A DNA stretch of 64,000 nt from an uncultured Streptococcus sp. GTDB taxonomy: Bacteria > Bacillota > Bacilli > Lactobacillales > Aerococcaceae. The stretch lies in the NCBI GenBank assembly GCA_902479935.1, contig CABSQV010000008.1, positions 1,218-65,217 of the forward strand, read 5' to 3'. The notes under the pieces were generated by a model. It did not search any database. It was not told the DNA's origin and saw only the letters and a list, made by a program, of their open reading frames with translations. Shown one piece after another: positions 33,717-43,560 of the stretch. Within the stretch, counting starts at the first letter, position 1. The number at the start of each line of letters is the position of its first letter. The position numbers and the translations under genes are program-made.

Positions 33717-35429
33717 CTATTTAAATTGTGCTTTGTATAACGCCGCATACGCCCCGTTTTGTGCGAGCAATTCTTCATGCGTGCCGTCTTCTGTCAGTCC
33801 ATCTTCTGTCACGACAATAATACGGTCTGCATTTTTAATCGTAGCTAGGCGGTGAGCGATAATAAACGTCGTTCTACCTTTTGCTAACTCGTCAAACGAT
33901 TGTTGAATAAATTTCTCTGTTTGTGTATCGAGCGCACTCGTTGCTTCGTCCAAGATTAAAATTGAAGGATTCTTCAAGAAAATACGGGCAATTGAGAGAC
34001 GTTGTTTTTGTCCACCTGACAATTTCACACCGCGTTCTCCGATATGCGTATCCACGCCATATTCTAAATCTTCAATGACTTCTTTCAGTTTTGCCTGCTC
34101 GATTGCGCGGTCTACTTCCTCGTCTGTCGCATCGAGTCTTCCGTACAATACATTTTCACGAATCGTTCCATTAAAGAGGAACACATCTTGTTGTACGATA
34201 CCGATTTGACGGCGAAGCGATTGTAAGGTGAAACGGTTGATGTTGGTTCCATCAATCAGAATTTCCCCTTCTTTTAAATCATAGAAGCGAGGCAATAAGT
34301 TCACGAGCGTTGTTTTCCCAACTCCACTTGGTCCAACGAAGGCCACCGTTTGCCCTGGTTCCACCGTCAAGTTGATATGTTCCAACACCTTCTTATCTTC
34401 TTCGTATCCGAAGCCGACATTTTTATATTCCACACGTCCTTCAAACGCTGGAGCCGGAATCGCATCCGGTGCATCTTCAATATCGATTTCGACATTCATT
34501 AATTCTTTGAAACGACGGAATCCTGCGAATCCTTTTGGATACAACTCAATCATCGAGTTCATCTTATTGATTGGTCCTACGAATACATTGGCTAGTAAGA
34601 TATATCCGACAAGTTCCCCTGGTGTTAAATCCCCAATCACCGTGAAGTACGCCCCCACGATTAAGCTGAAGAGATTAATACTGCGCATTAATAAGTAGTT
34701 GAAACTGCTGCTTGTCCCCATCGTGCGATAGAACGCAATTTTATTCGAGCGATACTCTTGAATGAGGTCTTCGAAGAGTTGTTGCTCATGGCTTTCGTTG
34801 GCAAAGGCCTTCACCACACGCATTCCGCTCAGTACATTTTCAAGTCCTGCCGTATAGTTGGCAAGCCCTTTATAGATATTTCGATTGATACGAGACATGC
34901 GACGGTTAAATACTGCCAACGCCACCGCAATAATCGGCACAAAGAAAATCGTCAATAACGCAAGCGTTGGATGCACTTGATACATCAACACAAACGAACC
35001 GATTAAAGTCATCACGGCAATAAAGAATTCTTCAGGTCCGTGGTGCGCCAACTCACTAATATCGAATAAGTCACTCGACAAGCGACTCATTAATTCCCCG
35101 ATTTTCATATTGTCGAAGAACGAGAAGGACTGTTTTTGGACCTTCGCGAATAACTCACGGCGCATATCCGTTTCAATATTAATCCCTAAAATATGCCCCA
35201 TATACACAACGATAAAGTTCAAAGTTGTCGAGAAGGCATACAGCGCTAGTAGCCCTGCCCCCACGAGTAGAATTTGTTGTAAGTTTTGAGACGGTACGAT
35301 GTTATCGATGACACTTCTCACCATCACCGGAAAGGCAAGCTCGAGAATGGCCACGATCACCGCACAGGTAAAATCAAGTAAGAATAATTTTTTATACGGT
35401 TTGTAATAATGAATAAAATCTTTAATCAT
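33717..35429 (-). CDS. ABC exporter, fused permease/ATP-binding protein (MsbA-like)
   Basis: Start at ATG 35429 (MIKDFIHYYKPYKK) after a GGAGAG RBS. It forms an ATGA overlap with the upstream MATE gene. Walker A GPSGVGKTT, signature LSGGQKQR. Confidence 0.9.
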   Translation of the reverse strand: MIKDFIHYYKPYKKLFLLDFTCAVIVAILELAFPVMVRSVIDNIVPSQNLQQILLVGAGLLALYAFSTTLNFIVVYMGHILGINIETDMRRELFAKVQKQSFSFFDNMKIGELMSRLSSDLFDISELAHHGPEEFFIAVMTLIGSFVLMYQVHPTLALLTIFFVPIIAVALAVFNRRMSRINRNIYKGLANYTAGLENVLSGMRVVKAFANESHEQQLFEDLIQEYRSNKIAFYRTMGTSSSFNYLLMRSINLFSLIVGAYFTVIGDLTPGELVGYILLANVFVGPINKMNSMIELYPKGFAGFRRFKELMNVEIDIEDAPDAIPAPAFEGRVEYKNVGFGYEEDKKVLEHINLTVEPGQTVAFVGPSGVGKTTLVNLLPRFYDLKEGEILIDGTNINRFTLQSLRRQIGIVQQDVFLFNGTIRENVLYGRLDATDEEVDRAIEQAKLKEVIEDLEYGVDTHIGERGVKLSGGQKQRLSIARIFLKNPSILILDEATSALDTQTEKFIQQSFDELAKGRTTFIIAHRLATIKNADRIIVVTEDGLTEDGTHEELLAQNGAYAALYKAQFK

Positions 35430-36814
35430 GATTGCTCTCCTTTCGCATAATGCAACGCGCTCCAATCTTTTGTCTTATAGACGATATGTCCATAAAGAAC
35501 GGTTAGCGCGTTTGATAATAACATGGCAATCCATACACTGGTTGCCCCGAGTGCTGTAAAAGCTCCAAGCACCCAAATAATCGGCAAGCGTAAGACCCAA
35601 AGACGTCCCACTGACATATTCATCGAGTATTTCGTCACGCCACATCCTTGGAAGAATCCGTTGTACGCCGAGAACAGTCCCATAAAGAAAATAATAAAGG
35701 CGGTGTAGTTCAAATACTCAACTGCATTCGCCCAAAGAACGGCATCGCTTCTATCTTTAATGAAGATTCCTAGAATTGGAGATTGGAATAGGAAGACGAT
35801 AATACAGCCGACTGTTGAAATCATGAGCACCCATAACAATGCTCGTCTAAAGATAGCATGCGCGCGGTCATAAAGCCCTGCACCCATGTTTTGTCCGATA
35901 ATGGCTGTTAACGCCGCACCGATTCCCATCTGTGGTTGCGTTAATAAATCCGAGATACGGTTTACCATTGAATACGCAGCCAGTACCGATGTTCCATAAG
36001 ACTGAATCAGTCCATTTAAGACGGTGAATCCTAATGCCGCACCGCCATAACCAAACGCAGATGGCCAAGCGACTTTAAGAATTTCTTTCATCACTTCTTT
36101 GTCAATTTTGACATGTCTTAAGTAGATTTGAATATCCGATTCCTTACGAACGGCACGAATCGCAAGCACTAATAATAGTACTTTTGCAATCACGGTCGCC
36201 CATCCTGCCCCTTCAATTCCCCAGTTCAACCCAGTAAGGCCAACAAAAGGAATCGTCGCAAAAATAAAGATTGGATCGAGGATTACATTTGAAATCGAAG
36301 ACGCCGCACTAATCATCGTAATCGTGCGCGTTCTTCCCTGCGCATTTAGCAAGGACTGATATCCGAAATAGCAGAAATCAAAGAACAACCCAATGAAGTT
36401 AATCTTCAAATACGCTACGGATTTTGCCAAGAATGTGCCCTCTGCTCCCATCCATTCCACGAATAGGGGCGCAAGGAAATATCCAAGCACTGAAAGTACA
36501 AACCCAAAGAAATACGTTAGAATCATCGCATTTCCTGCATAACGCTGTGCATCTCTATATTTTCCCGCTCCAAAGTACTGAGCAATGAGTGCAGTCGCTC
36601 CAACACTAATCCCCATTCCAAGCGAAATAAATAAGAAGTTCAACGGCCAAATAAACGCGGTTGCCGCAAAGTCTTCTGCAGAAAGTTGCGCCACATATAA
36701 CCCGTCCGTCAAGTTGTATAAAGTTCGAATTAAATTATTAATCATTAACGGCGTCGCAATCGTTAAAATCACACGATTAATGTGCCCCGTCGTAATAAAA
36801 TTTTGTTTTTCCAA
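35426..36814 (-). CDS. MATE family efflux transporter
   Basis: 12-TM protein with the typical N-terminus (ILTIATPLMINNLIRTLYNLTDGLYV). Start placed at TTG 36814 (LEKQNF), 5 nt after AGGTGA. The 56-aa upstream extension in the track runs into repeat copy 4. Confidence 0.85.
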   Translation of the reverse strand: MEKQNFITTGHINRVILTIATPLMINNLIRTLYNLTDGLYVAQLSAEDFAATAFIWPLNFLFISLGMGISVGATALIAQYFGAGKYRDAQRYAGNAMILTYFFGFVLSVLGYFLAPLFVEWMGAEGTFLAKSVAYLKINFIGLFFDFCYFGYQSLLNAQGRTRTITMISAASSISNVILDPIFIFATIPFVGLTGLNWGIEGAGWATVIAKVLLLVLAIRAVRKESDIQIYLRHVKIDKEVMKEILKVAWPSAFGYGGAALGFTVLNGLIQSYGTSVLAAYSMVNRISDLLTQPQMGIGAALTAIIGQNMGAGLYDRAHAIFRRALLWVLMISTVGCIIVFLFQSPILGIFIKDRSDAVLWANAVEYLNYTAFIIFFMGLFSAYNGFFQGCGVTKYSMNMSVGRLWVLRLPIIWVLGAFTALGATSVWIAMLLSNALTVLYGHIVYKTKDWSALHYAKGEQS

Positions 36815-36938
36815 AATAATCACCTGTTCTAGTATACATGATATCCCCACTGCTGTGAACACATACAGTGAACAAATCCACTTTTCTGTACTTTTAAAGA
36901 GCGAAGGAGGCTCGCTTTGTGGAACATGGGGGTTTTTC

Positions 36939-37065
36939 ATAATAGCTGTAATAGGGCACCGGTTCGAGCCTGAGTCTCTCACCTCTAAACCTCAAAGCGG
37001 GAGTAAGGAAAACCTCCTAACTCCCGCTAATTCGCTTTTAGCGCATCCCCTATTACTGCTATTAT
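36939..37065 (+). repeat. Structured intergenic repeat, copy 4
   Basis: Closing stem ataatagctgtaataggg / cccctattactgctattat. Core caccggttcgagcctgagtctctcacc, ..cctcaaa, gcgggagtaagga..tcctaactcccgc, taattc. Confidence 0.9.
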
Positions 37066-37235
37066 AGAATCCCATGTCACCTCGCGAGCCTCACTGCATT
37101 CTTATAAGGTAAAAAAGTGTGCTGCTCTGTCTTTCTTCACCAGATTGGATAAATAAACAACTTCCTATTATTTTACAAAACAAAATTTCACAGCACGTGA
37201 TTTTAAGTAGCACCTCATTCTGTCTTTAGCCCGTA

Positions 37236-37544
37236 CGAAGCACACACAAACTCGCTTCCGTTCCCCCGAGACAAAATTTCTAAACACGTTCTCAAAGAAA
37301 CAAAAAATTAGCAATTCAGAATATAAGGCACCACCTAACCTTTTTATACACGCAGGTCTGAAGAAACAATTATTCCAAAAAGGCCCACAATATTATCAAG
37401 CCATACGATGCACTCGCAAACTCGTTTCCGTCCCTCCAAGACAAAATTACTAAACACGTTCTCAAAGAAACAAAAAAATGCGAAATTCAAAAAGTTAAGC
37501 ACTCCCTAACTTTTTATGCAAGCAGGTCTGAAGAATCATTTGGT
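37236..37544 (+). repeat. Two tandem degenerate copies (period ~170 bp) of the rpmG 3' end plus terminator plus downstream DNA, inverted relative to rpmG
   Basis: Both 37441..37478 and 37271..37308 read acaaaatt(a/t)ctaaacacgttctcaaagaaacaaaaaa. This matches the reverse complement of the rpmG 3' end, ccaaaattacgtaaacacgttgtcttcaaagaaactaaaaaataa. Degenerate copies of the rpmG terminator and of the sequence gcaggtct...aatcatttgg follow. Confidence 0.85.
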
Positions 37545-37680
37545 CCATAGTAGCAACAATAGCGAGTGTAATCGATGCGAATTAGCAGTAGTTAGGAATT
37601 TATTCCTTACTACTGCTTTGAGGCTCGATAGGCGGTGAGACCTAAGGCTCACGCCGGTACAGCTATTGTAGCGACTATGG
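37545..37680 (-). repeat. Structured intergenic repeat, copy 5 (reverse orientation)
   Basis: The reverse complement gives taccggcgtgagccttaggtctcaccgcc, ..gcctcaaa, gcagtagtaagga..tcctaactactgc, taattc. Closing stem ccatagtagcaacaatagc / gctattgtagcgactatgg. Confidence 0.9.
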
Positions 37681-37730
37681 AATATCCAAATGATTCGCAT
37701 AAGACCTGCGGTCTTATTATTAATTTATTA

Positions 37731-37764
37731 AAAATAAAAAAGAGTTAGGCACCAGCCTAACTCT
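37731..37764 (-). terminator. rpmG intrinsic terminator
   Basis: On the minus strand: AGAGTTAGGC-TGGT-GCCTAACTCT followed by TTTTTTATTTT. Confidence 0.85.
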
Positions 37765-37780
37765 TCCGAATTTCTCAAAA

Positions 37781-37933
37781 TTATTTTTTAGTTTCTTTGA
37801 AGACAACGTGTTTACGTAATTTTGGAGAATATTTTTTTAATTCTAAACGCTCTGGATTGTTACGTTTGTTTTTGCTTGTTAAGTATAAACGTTCACCTGT
37901 TTCAGCACATTCTAATAAAATGTTGATACGCAT
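37781..37933 (-). CDS. rpmG: 50S ribosomal protein L33
   Basis: Below the ORF-track size cut-off. My translation is [50 protein letters not shown] (50 aa), typical of L33. Confidence 0.9.
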   Translation of the reverse strand: MRINILLECAETGERLYLTSKNKRNNPERLELKKYSPKLRKHVVFKETKK

Positions 37934-38053
37934 GGATGACACCTCTCATTCAATTTATTTCATTAACTCATTGAGTTTCATACTGGTATATATTAACAAA
38001 TGCAGTTCGCTTTGTCAATTCAGATTACCACTGATTTTTTGAAAAATTTATTC

Positions 38054-39079
38054 TTATAAAACTTTTTGAATCCAACCTTCTGGAGCCTCTACATCTCCGT
38101 ATTGGATGCCCACTAATTCATCGTATAAACGACGTGTTACAGGACCAACTTCTGTTTCAGAATAGAACACATGGAAGTCGTCTCCGTTTTGAATTCCACC
38201 TACTGGAGAAATAACTGCGGCTGTACCACAAGCTCCTGCTTCTGCGAAGATATCTAATTGGTCTACATATACATCGCCTTCTTTAACAGTCATACCTAAA
38301 CGGTGTTCTGCTAACCAAAGCAATGAGTATTTTGTAATACTTGGTAAGATAGATGGAGAGTAAGGTGTGATGAATTGATTATCTTTAGTAATCCCAAAGA
38401 AGTTCGCAGCCCCTACTTCTTCAATTTTTGTATGTGTCAATGGATCTAGGTAAATACAGTCACTGAAATGACGTTCTTTGGCTTCTTTACCAGGAAGTAA
38501 GCTTGCCGCATAGTTCCCGCCGACTTTAGCAGCCCCTGTACCTACGTGTGCTGCACGGTCATATTCAGAAACGATGAAGTTTGTTGGTGTTAATCCACCT
38601 TTGAAATAAGCTCCTACTGGCATTACGAAGATTGAGAAAATATATTCTGTTGCAGGGCGAACCGCTACATTGTTTCCTACCCCAATCATAAACGGACGGA
38701 TATATAAGCTTCCGCCAGTTCCGTATGGTGGTAACCATTGTTCGTTTGCTTTTACCACTTTTTTCACGGCTTCAATAAAGCGTTCTTCTGGGAACTCAGG
38801 CATGAGTAAGCGACGGCATGAACGAGCCATACGAGCAGCATTTTGGTCAACACGGAATAAGTTGATGCTACCATCTTTACAACGGTATGCTTTTAACCCT
38901 TCGAAACATTGTTGCCCGTAGTGAAGTGCAGTTGCAGCTTCGTCTACTTTTAATACATTATCTTCAATCAAAGCCCCTTCGTCCCACTGGCCATCTTTGT
39001 AATAGCTGATGAAACGTAAGTCTGTTTTAATGTAATCGAATCCTAAGTTATTCCAATCTAAATTTACTGTGTTTGTCAT
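38054..39079 (-). CDS. ilvE: Branched-chain amino acid aminotransferase
   Basis: 341 aa. Class IV aminotransferase pattern (QCFEGLKAYR, GTGAAKVGGNYAASL). Confidence 0.9.
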   Translation of the reverse strand: MTNTVNLDWNNLGFDYIKTDLRFISYYKDGQWDEGALIEDNVLKVDEAATALHYGQQCFEGLKAYRCKDGSINLFRVDQNAARMARSCRRLLMPEFPEERFIEAVKKVVKANEQWLPPYGTGGSLYIRPFMIGVGNNVAVRPATEYIFSIFVMPVGAYFKGGLTPTNFIVSEYDRAAHVGTGAAKVGGNYAASLLPGKEAKERHFSDCIYLDPLTHTKIEEVGAANFFGITKDNQFITPYSPSILPSITKYSLLWLAEHRLGMTVKEGDVYVDQLDIFAEAGACGTAAVISPVGGIQNGDDFHVFYSETEVGPVTRRLYDELVGIQYGDVEAPEGWIQKVL

Positions 39080-39099
39080 ATAATCCCTGCTTTCTTAGA

Positions 39100-39534
39100 T
39101 TACTCTACTGATTTATATTCCCCAGATGTTGTATCCATTTCTTCTAACTTTTTATCATTTGCATGATAGCGGAAGAATCCATAAGTTGAGGTGTTTGAAT
39201 TCTCAATATGACGGACTTGCACGTCAACGGAGTCATTCGTTTGTGCCTGAATGATAATCTCATAGTTCTCGCCTAAAACGACATTTTTGCGTTTTTCGAT
39301 TTCTGCAATGGCTTCACGAGCTAAATTATTCGCATTACGTGTTGTATCACTTGTTGTCTCCTGCGCGGTCGTTGTTGGTTGGGCCGTAGTAGACTCTCCT
39401 GCTTCTGCTTTGTTTTTTGAAATTTGAACAACGGGAGCCGAGTTATCAGCGGTTTGCTCTGGTCTACGAGAACAAGCCATTAACGCCAGTACAAAAACTG
39501 CGATTCCTAATCCTTTTAAGACTTTGCGATTCAT
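39100..39534 (-). CDS. Putative lipoprotein, unknown function
   Basis: Signal peptide with lipobox (VLALMAC), followed by a Thr/Ala-rich linker and a small domain. Confidence 0.6.
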   Translation of the reverse strand: MNRKVLKGLGIAVFVLALMACSRRPEQTADNSAPVVQISKNKAEAGESTTAQPTTTAQETTSDTTRNANNLAREAIAEIEKRKNVVLGENYEIIIQAQTNDSVDVQVRHIENSNTSTYGFFRYHANDKKLEEMDTTSGEYKSVE

Positions 39535-39701
39535 TCATTCACCACCTTCGTTATTTTTCTTATTCTATCACAATTTTTATAAAAAGTATTTTATACTGCG
39601 AATTTGTAATGATAATGAAAAATTTTATATAAATTTGGTTCTTTTCATTTTAAAAACAAAAAAACTCTAATGCAACACGAGTCACACTAGAGTTTCTTCA
39701 A

Positions 39702-40646
39702 TTATTTAGCTAATTTTTCTTTGATTTCTTCGACATAGTTATAAACCATGTGCCCTGCTTGTCCGCCATCCCCAACAGCTGTTGTGATTTGACGTAATGT
39801 TTTTTGACGAACATCGCCGACTGCAAAGATTCCAGGAATAGATGTTTCCATTTGCTCGTTTGTCACGATCCAACCTTCAGCATCTGTGATGTTTAAGTCT
39901 TTAAATGGATCTGAAACTGGTAAAAGTCCCACATAGATGAAGACTCCATCCGCATCATGGGTAGTCACTTCACCTGTATTCACATCTTTTACGCGAACGC
40001 CTGTAATTTTAGAACCGTCTCCAACGAATTCTTCAACGACTGAATTCCATAAGAAGTCAATTTTTTCATTAGCAAATGCGCGGTCTTGCAATACTTTTTG
40101 CGCACGTAATTGGTCACGACGGTGAACAATCGTTACGCTCTTCCCGAATTGTGTTAAATACGTTCCTTCTTCAACGGCTGAGTCTCCTCCACCGATGACG
40201 AAGATTTTCTTGTCTTTGAAGAATGCTCCATCACAAACTGCACAGTAAGAAACGCCACGTCCAGCGTACTCTTCTTCCCCTGGCACTTCTAATTTACGGT
40301 GATAAGAACCAGTCGCAATGACTACTGCATAGGCATAGTATGTTTTCTTTCCTGCAGTGATGACTTTAAGGTCGCCTTCTAATTCAATTTTAGAAACTTG
40401 GCCGTAAGCATATTCTGCACCGAATTGCATCGCACCTTTATACATATTGTCGGCTAATTCTGGCCCAGAAATCGTAGGGAAACCAGGATAGTTTTCTACA
40501 TCTGAAGTGTTTAATAATTCTCCACCAGGAACACCTTTTTCGAGGATTAATGTTTTTAAATTTGCACGAGAAGTATAAAGCGCTGCGGTCATCCCACCAG
40601 GGCCACTTCCGATAATGACTACATCATAAATTGTTCTTTCTTCCAT
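39702..40646 (-). CDS. trxB: Thioredoxin-disulfide reductase
   Basis: Start at ATG 40646 (MEERTIYDVVIIGSGPGG) after an AAGGAG RBS. CAVCDG redox centre present. Confidence 0.95.
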   Translation of the reverse strand: MEERTIYDVVIIGSGPGGMTAALYTSRANLKTLILEKGVPGGELLNTSDVENYPGFPTISGPELADNMYKGAMQFGAEYAYGQVSKIELEGDLKVITAGKKTYYAYAVVIATGSYHRKLEVPGEEEYAGRGVSYCAVCDGAFFKDKKIFVIGGGDSAVEEGTYLTQFGKSVTIVHRRDQLRAQKVLQDRAFANEKIDFLWNSVVEEFVGDGSKITGVRVKDVNTGEVTTHDADGVFIYVGLLPVSDPFKDLNITDAEGWIVTNEQMETSIPGIFAVGDVRQKTLRQITTAVGDGGQAGHMVYNYVEEIKEKLAK

Positions 40647-40743
40647 CAGAGATTCTCCTTTTGTATAAACTAAGAGCGCTGAGACATAGTCCAACGCTCC
40701 TCTTCATTTTTAAGTGTAAGATACTCCCTTTAAAACGGCAACT

Positions 40744-41637
40744 TTATTGCTCATCCAAAGTTCCTTCGAGTTTTTTACCTAATTCAATCACGTATTGTTT
40801 TAAGCTGTCTTTGATTTCTGGATGTTCCAAACCGAATTCAATACTTGTCTTCATGAATCCAAACTTGTCACCCACATCGAAACGCTCACCCTTGAATTGT
40901 TTCGCAAACACTCTTTGAGTAAGGTTCAATGTATCAATGGCATCTGTTAATTGAACTTCGCCACCCGCACCTGGTTCTTGTTTTTCTAAGATTTCAAAGA
41001 TTTCAGGCGTTAATAAGTAACGACCAATAATCGCTAAGTTACTTGGCGCATCTTCAGGTTTTGGTTTTTCTACGAAACGACGTACATTATATAATCCCTC
41101 TTCCACTTGGCTTTCAGGATCGATAATTCCGTATTTATACGTTTCTTCATGAGGAACTTCCATTACGGCGATATTTGAAGCATGTGTTTTTTCGTAACCT
41201 TCAATCAATTGTTTTGTTAAAGGCACTTCATCACGCATAATATCGTCCCCAAGCATAATCACGAATGGCTCGCCACCTACGAATGCTTTTGCTTGAAGAA
41301 CCGCGTCCCCAAGACCTTTAGGATATGATTGACGCACAAAGTACAAGTTAATTCCTGTTGTTTCTTGAACAAGTTCTAATAACTCTGTCTTTCCTTTTGC
41401 TTCAAGGTTTGACTCTAATTCGATGTTTGAGTCGAAATGGTCTTCGATAGGACGTTTGCTCTTACCAGTAACGATTAAGATGTCTTCGATTCCTGATGCT
41501 AGAGCTTCTTCAACGATATATTGAATCGTTGGTTTGTCTACGATTGGCAGCATTTCTTTCGCCATCGCTTTTGTTGCTGGTAGGAAACGAGTTCCTAACC
41601 CTGCTGCTGGAATAACGGCTTTTCTAACTTTTGTCAT
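40744..41637 (-). CDS. galU: UTP--glucose-1-phosphate uridylyltransferase
   Basis: Start at ATG 41637 ([24 protein letters not shown]) after a GGAGG RBS. Confidence 0.9.
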   Translation of the reverse strand: MTKVRKAVIPAAGLGTRFLPATKAMAKEMLPIVDKPTIQYIVEEALASGIEDILIVTGKSKRPIEDHFDSNIELESNLEAKGKTELLELVQETTGINLYFVRQSYPKGLGDAVLQAKAFVGGEPFVIMLGDDIMRDEVPLTKQLIEGYEKTHASNIAVMEVPHEETYKYGIIDPESQVEEGLYNVRRFVEKPKPEDAPSNLAIIGRYLLTPEIFEILEKQEPGAGGEVQLTDAIDTLNLTQRVFAKQFKGERFDVGDKFGFMKTSIEFGLEHPEIKDSLKQYVIELGKKLEGTLDEQ

Positions 41638-41659
41638 AGGTCTATTCCTCCGATTTGGT

Positions 41660-42679
41660 TTATTGGTGTTCTTTAATCGATGCTTCTGATTTAAATTCAC
41701 GACCCATTAGGCGTTGAATCTCTTCGCGAACATCATGTCCTTTATATAAAACATTGTAAACAGCAGTTGTAATTGGCATTTCGATGTTCTTCTCTTGTGC
41801 CAAAGCGTAGACGGCTTTACACGTTTCTACCCCTTCTACAACCATTCCCATATTATCCAAAATCGTTGGAAGCGGAATGCCTTTCCCGATTTGGTCCCCA
41901 CATCTCCAGTTACGAGAATGAATACTCGTACATGTTACGATTAAATCGCCCACACCACTAAGTCCGATAAAGGTCAGTGGATCTGCTCCAAATGCAATTC
42001 CTAGGCGACTAATTTCTGATAATCCTCTTGTCATTAACGCAGCTTTTGCATTGTCCCCATAGCCTAAACCATGAAGAGCCCCTGCTCCAACCGCAATAAC
42101 GTTTTTAAGTGCAGCTCCCATTTCCACTCCAACACAGTCCGTATTTGTATAGACACGGAAGAAGGAATTACTGAAAAGAGTTTGAACAACTTTAGCAGAT
42201 TCCAAGTTTTCGCATGCTGCAGTGATTGTTGTAATATCACGGCGCGCCACTTCTTCGGCATGACTTGGTCCAGATAACACCACGATATCTTCGTAGCTAT
42301 CACGGTCCAACTCTTCTGCTAAAATTTCTGAAATACGTTTAAACGTTTCTTGTTCTAACCCTTTACTTGCGTGAATAATCATCGGTTTATTTTCAAGCAA
42401 TCCATTTAATTGTTTGGCTACTAAACGAATGACTTTTGTTGGAAGTACGAATAAGACCGCATCCACACCCTTCACGGCTTCGGCTAAATCTAAATAGCCT
42501 CGAATTGCTGGGTCCAGAAACACTCCTGGAAGGTAATGTTCATTCGTATGACGCTCATTAATTTCTTGAATTTGAGCTTCGTTATTTCCCCATAAGCGAG
42601 CTTCATGATGGTTTTCTGCGAGCACCATTGCCAGTGCTGTCCCCCATGAACCTGCTCCTAAAATAGCTACTTTTGTCAT
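41660..42679 (-). CDS. gpsA: NAD(P)H-dependent glycerol-3-phosphate dehydrogenase
   Basis: 339 aa starting [17 protein letters not shown]. Confidence 0.95.
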   Translation of the reverse strand: MTKVAILGAGSWGTALAMVLAENHHEARLWGNNEAQIQEINERHTNEHYLPGVFLDPAIRGYLDLAEAVKGVDAVLFVLPTKVIRLVAKQLNGLLENKPMIIHASKGLEQETFKRISEILAEELDRDSYEDIVVLSGPSHAEEVARRDITTITAACENLESAKVVQTLFSNSFFRVYTNTDCVGVEMGAALKNVIAVGAGALHGLGYGDNAKAALMTRGLSEISRLGIAFGADPLTFIGLSGVGDLIVTCTSIHSRNWRCGDQIGKGIPLPTILDNMGMVVEGVETCKAVYALAQEKNIEMPITTAVYNVLYKGHDVREEIQRLMGREFKSEASIKEHQ

Positions 42680-42691
42680 AGTTGTTCTCCT

Positions 42692-43549
42692 TTACGCTTT
42701 TCCAAACAATGCTGGAGATTGTGGATCATCAATCGATACATAATCTGGCACGGCTGGAACTCTACGTCTTCTCACCACGATAATAGCGATGCCTAATAAG
42801 AATAACACAATTGAGACTAATTGCGAAATTCGGATAATACCAAACATCCAGAGGCTATCTGTACGCATTCCTTCGATAAAGAAGCGTCCAAATGAATACC
42901 ATAATAAGTATCCTGACATGATTTCACCCACCTTTATACCTTTACGTCTGCGTAAGTAGAATAAAATTAATACGCCGACAAAAGACCAAAGTGATTCATA
43001 TAAGAAAGTTGGATGGTAATAAACACCATCAATATGCATTTGCTCAATAATAAAAGTTGGTAAATGCAAACCTTCTAGGAATGCACGCGTTACAGCTTCC
43101 CCATGCGCTTCTTGGTTTGTGAAGTTTCCCCAACGTCCAATTGCTTGTGCGAGTAAAACGACAGGTGCCAAGATGTCTAAGAGTAATGCAAACGATACTT
43201 TTTCTTTTTTCGCAAACCAGTAGACAGTCGCTGCACCGGCAATGACACCACCGTAGATGGCTATTCCTCCATGCCAGATTTGGATGATTTCAGAAGGATT
43301 TGCGAAGTAGTACTGCCATTCAAATAGAATATAGTACAATCGCGCACCCACGAATCCAAGAGGCACAGCCCAAAATACTAAATCGATAATAAATTCTTTT
43401 CGAAACCCTTTACGAGTGGCTTCTTTATCCGCCAATGTTGTTGCTAAGTAAATTGCAAAAGCAATAATAATCCCATACCAACGCACTTGTAATCCACCGA
43501 TTTCAAACGCAATCGGATTAATGGCCGAAACCATTTCTAAAACATTCAT
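42692..43549 (-). CDS. lgt: Prolipoprotein diacylglyceryl transferase
   Basis: 285 aa, multi-TM. Motifs HGGIAIYGG and GRWGNFTNQEAHG. Confidence 0.95.
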   Translation of the reverse strand: MNVLEMVSAINPIAFEIGGLQVRWYGIIIAFAIYLATTLADKEATRKGFRKEFIIDLVFWAVPLGFVGARLYYILFEWQYYFANPSEIIQIWHGGIAIYGGVIAGAATVYWFAKKEKVSFALLLDILAPVVLLAQAIGRWGNFTNQEAHGEAVTRAFLEGLHLPTFIIEQMHIDGVYYHPTFLYESLWSFVGVLILFYLRRRKGIKVGEIMSGYLLWYSFGRFFIEGMRTDSLWMFGIIRISQLVSIVLFLLGIAIIVVRRRRVPAVPDYVSIDDPQSPALFGKA

Positions 43550-43560
43550 GTAACTAACCT

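Noticed and set aside
36955-36975. GGTTCGAGCC in the repeat core resembles a tRNA T-arm, which raised the idea of tRNA-derived (SINE-like) repeats.
   Set aside because: No acceptor, D or anticodon arms can be drawn. In every copy the segment pairs instead with CTCTCRCC to form hairpin P1.
36815-36982. N-terminal 56-aa extension of the MATE transporter in the ORF track.
   Set aside because: The extension runs into repeat copy 4 and has no RBS. A TTG start with an AGGTGA RBS at 36814 gives a normal MATE N-terminus.
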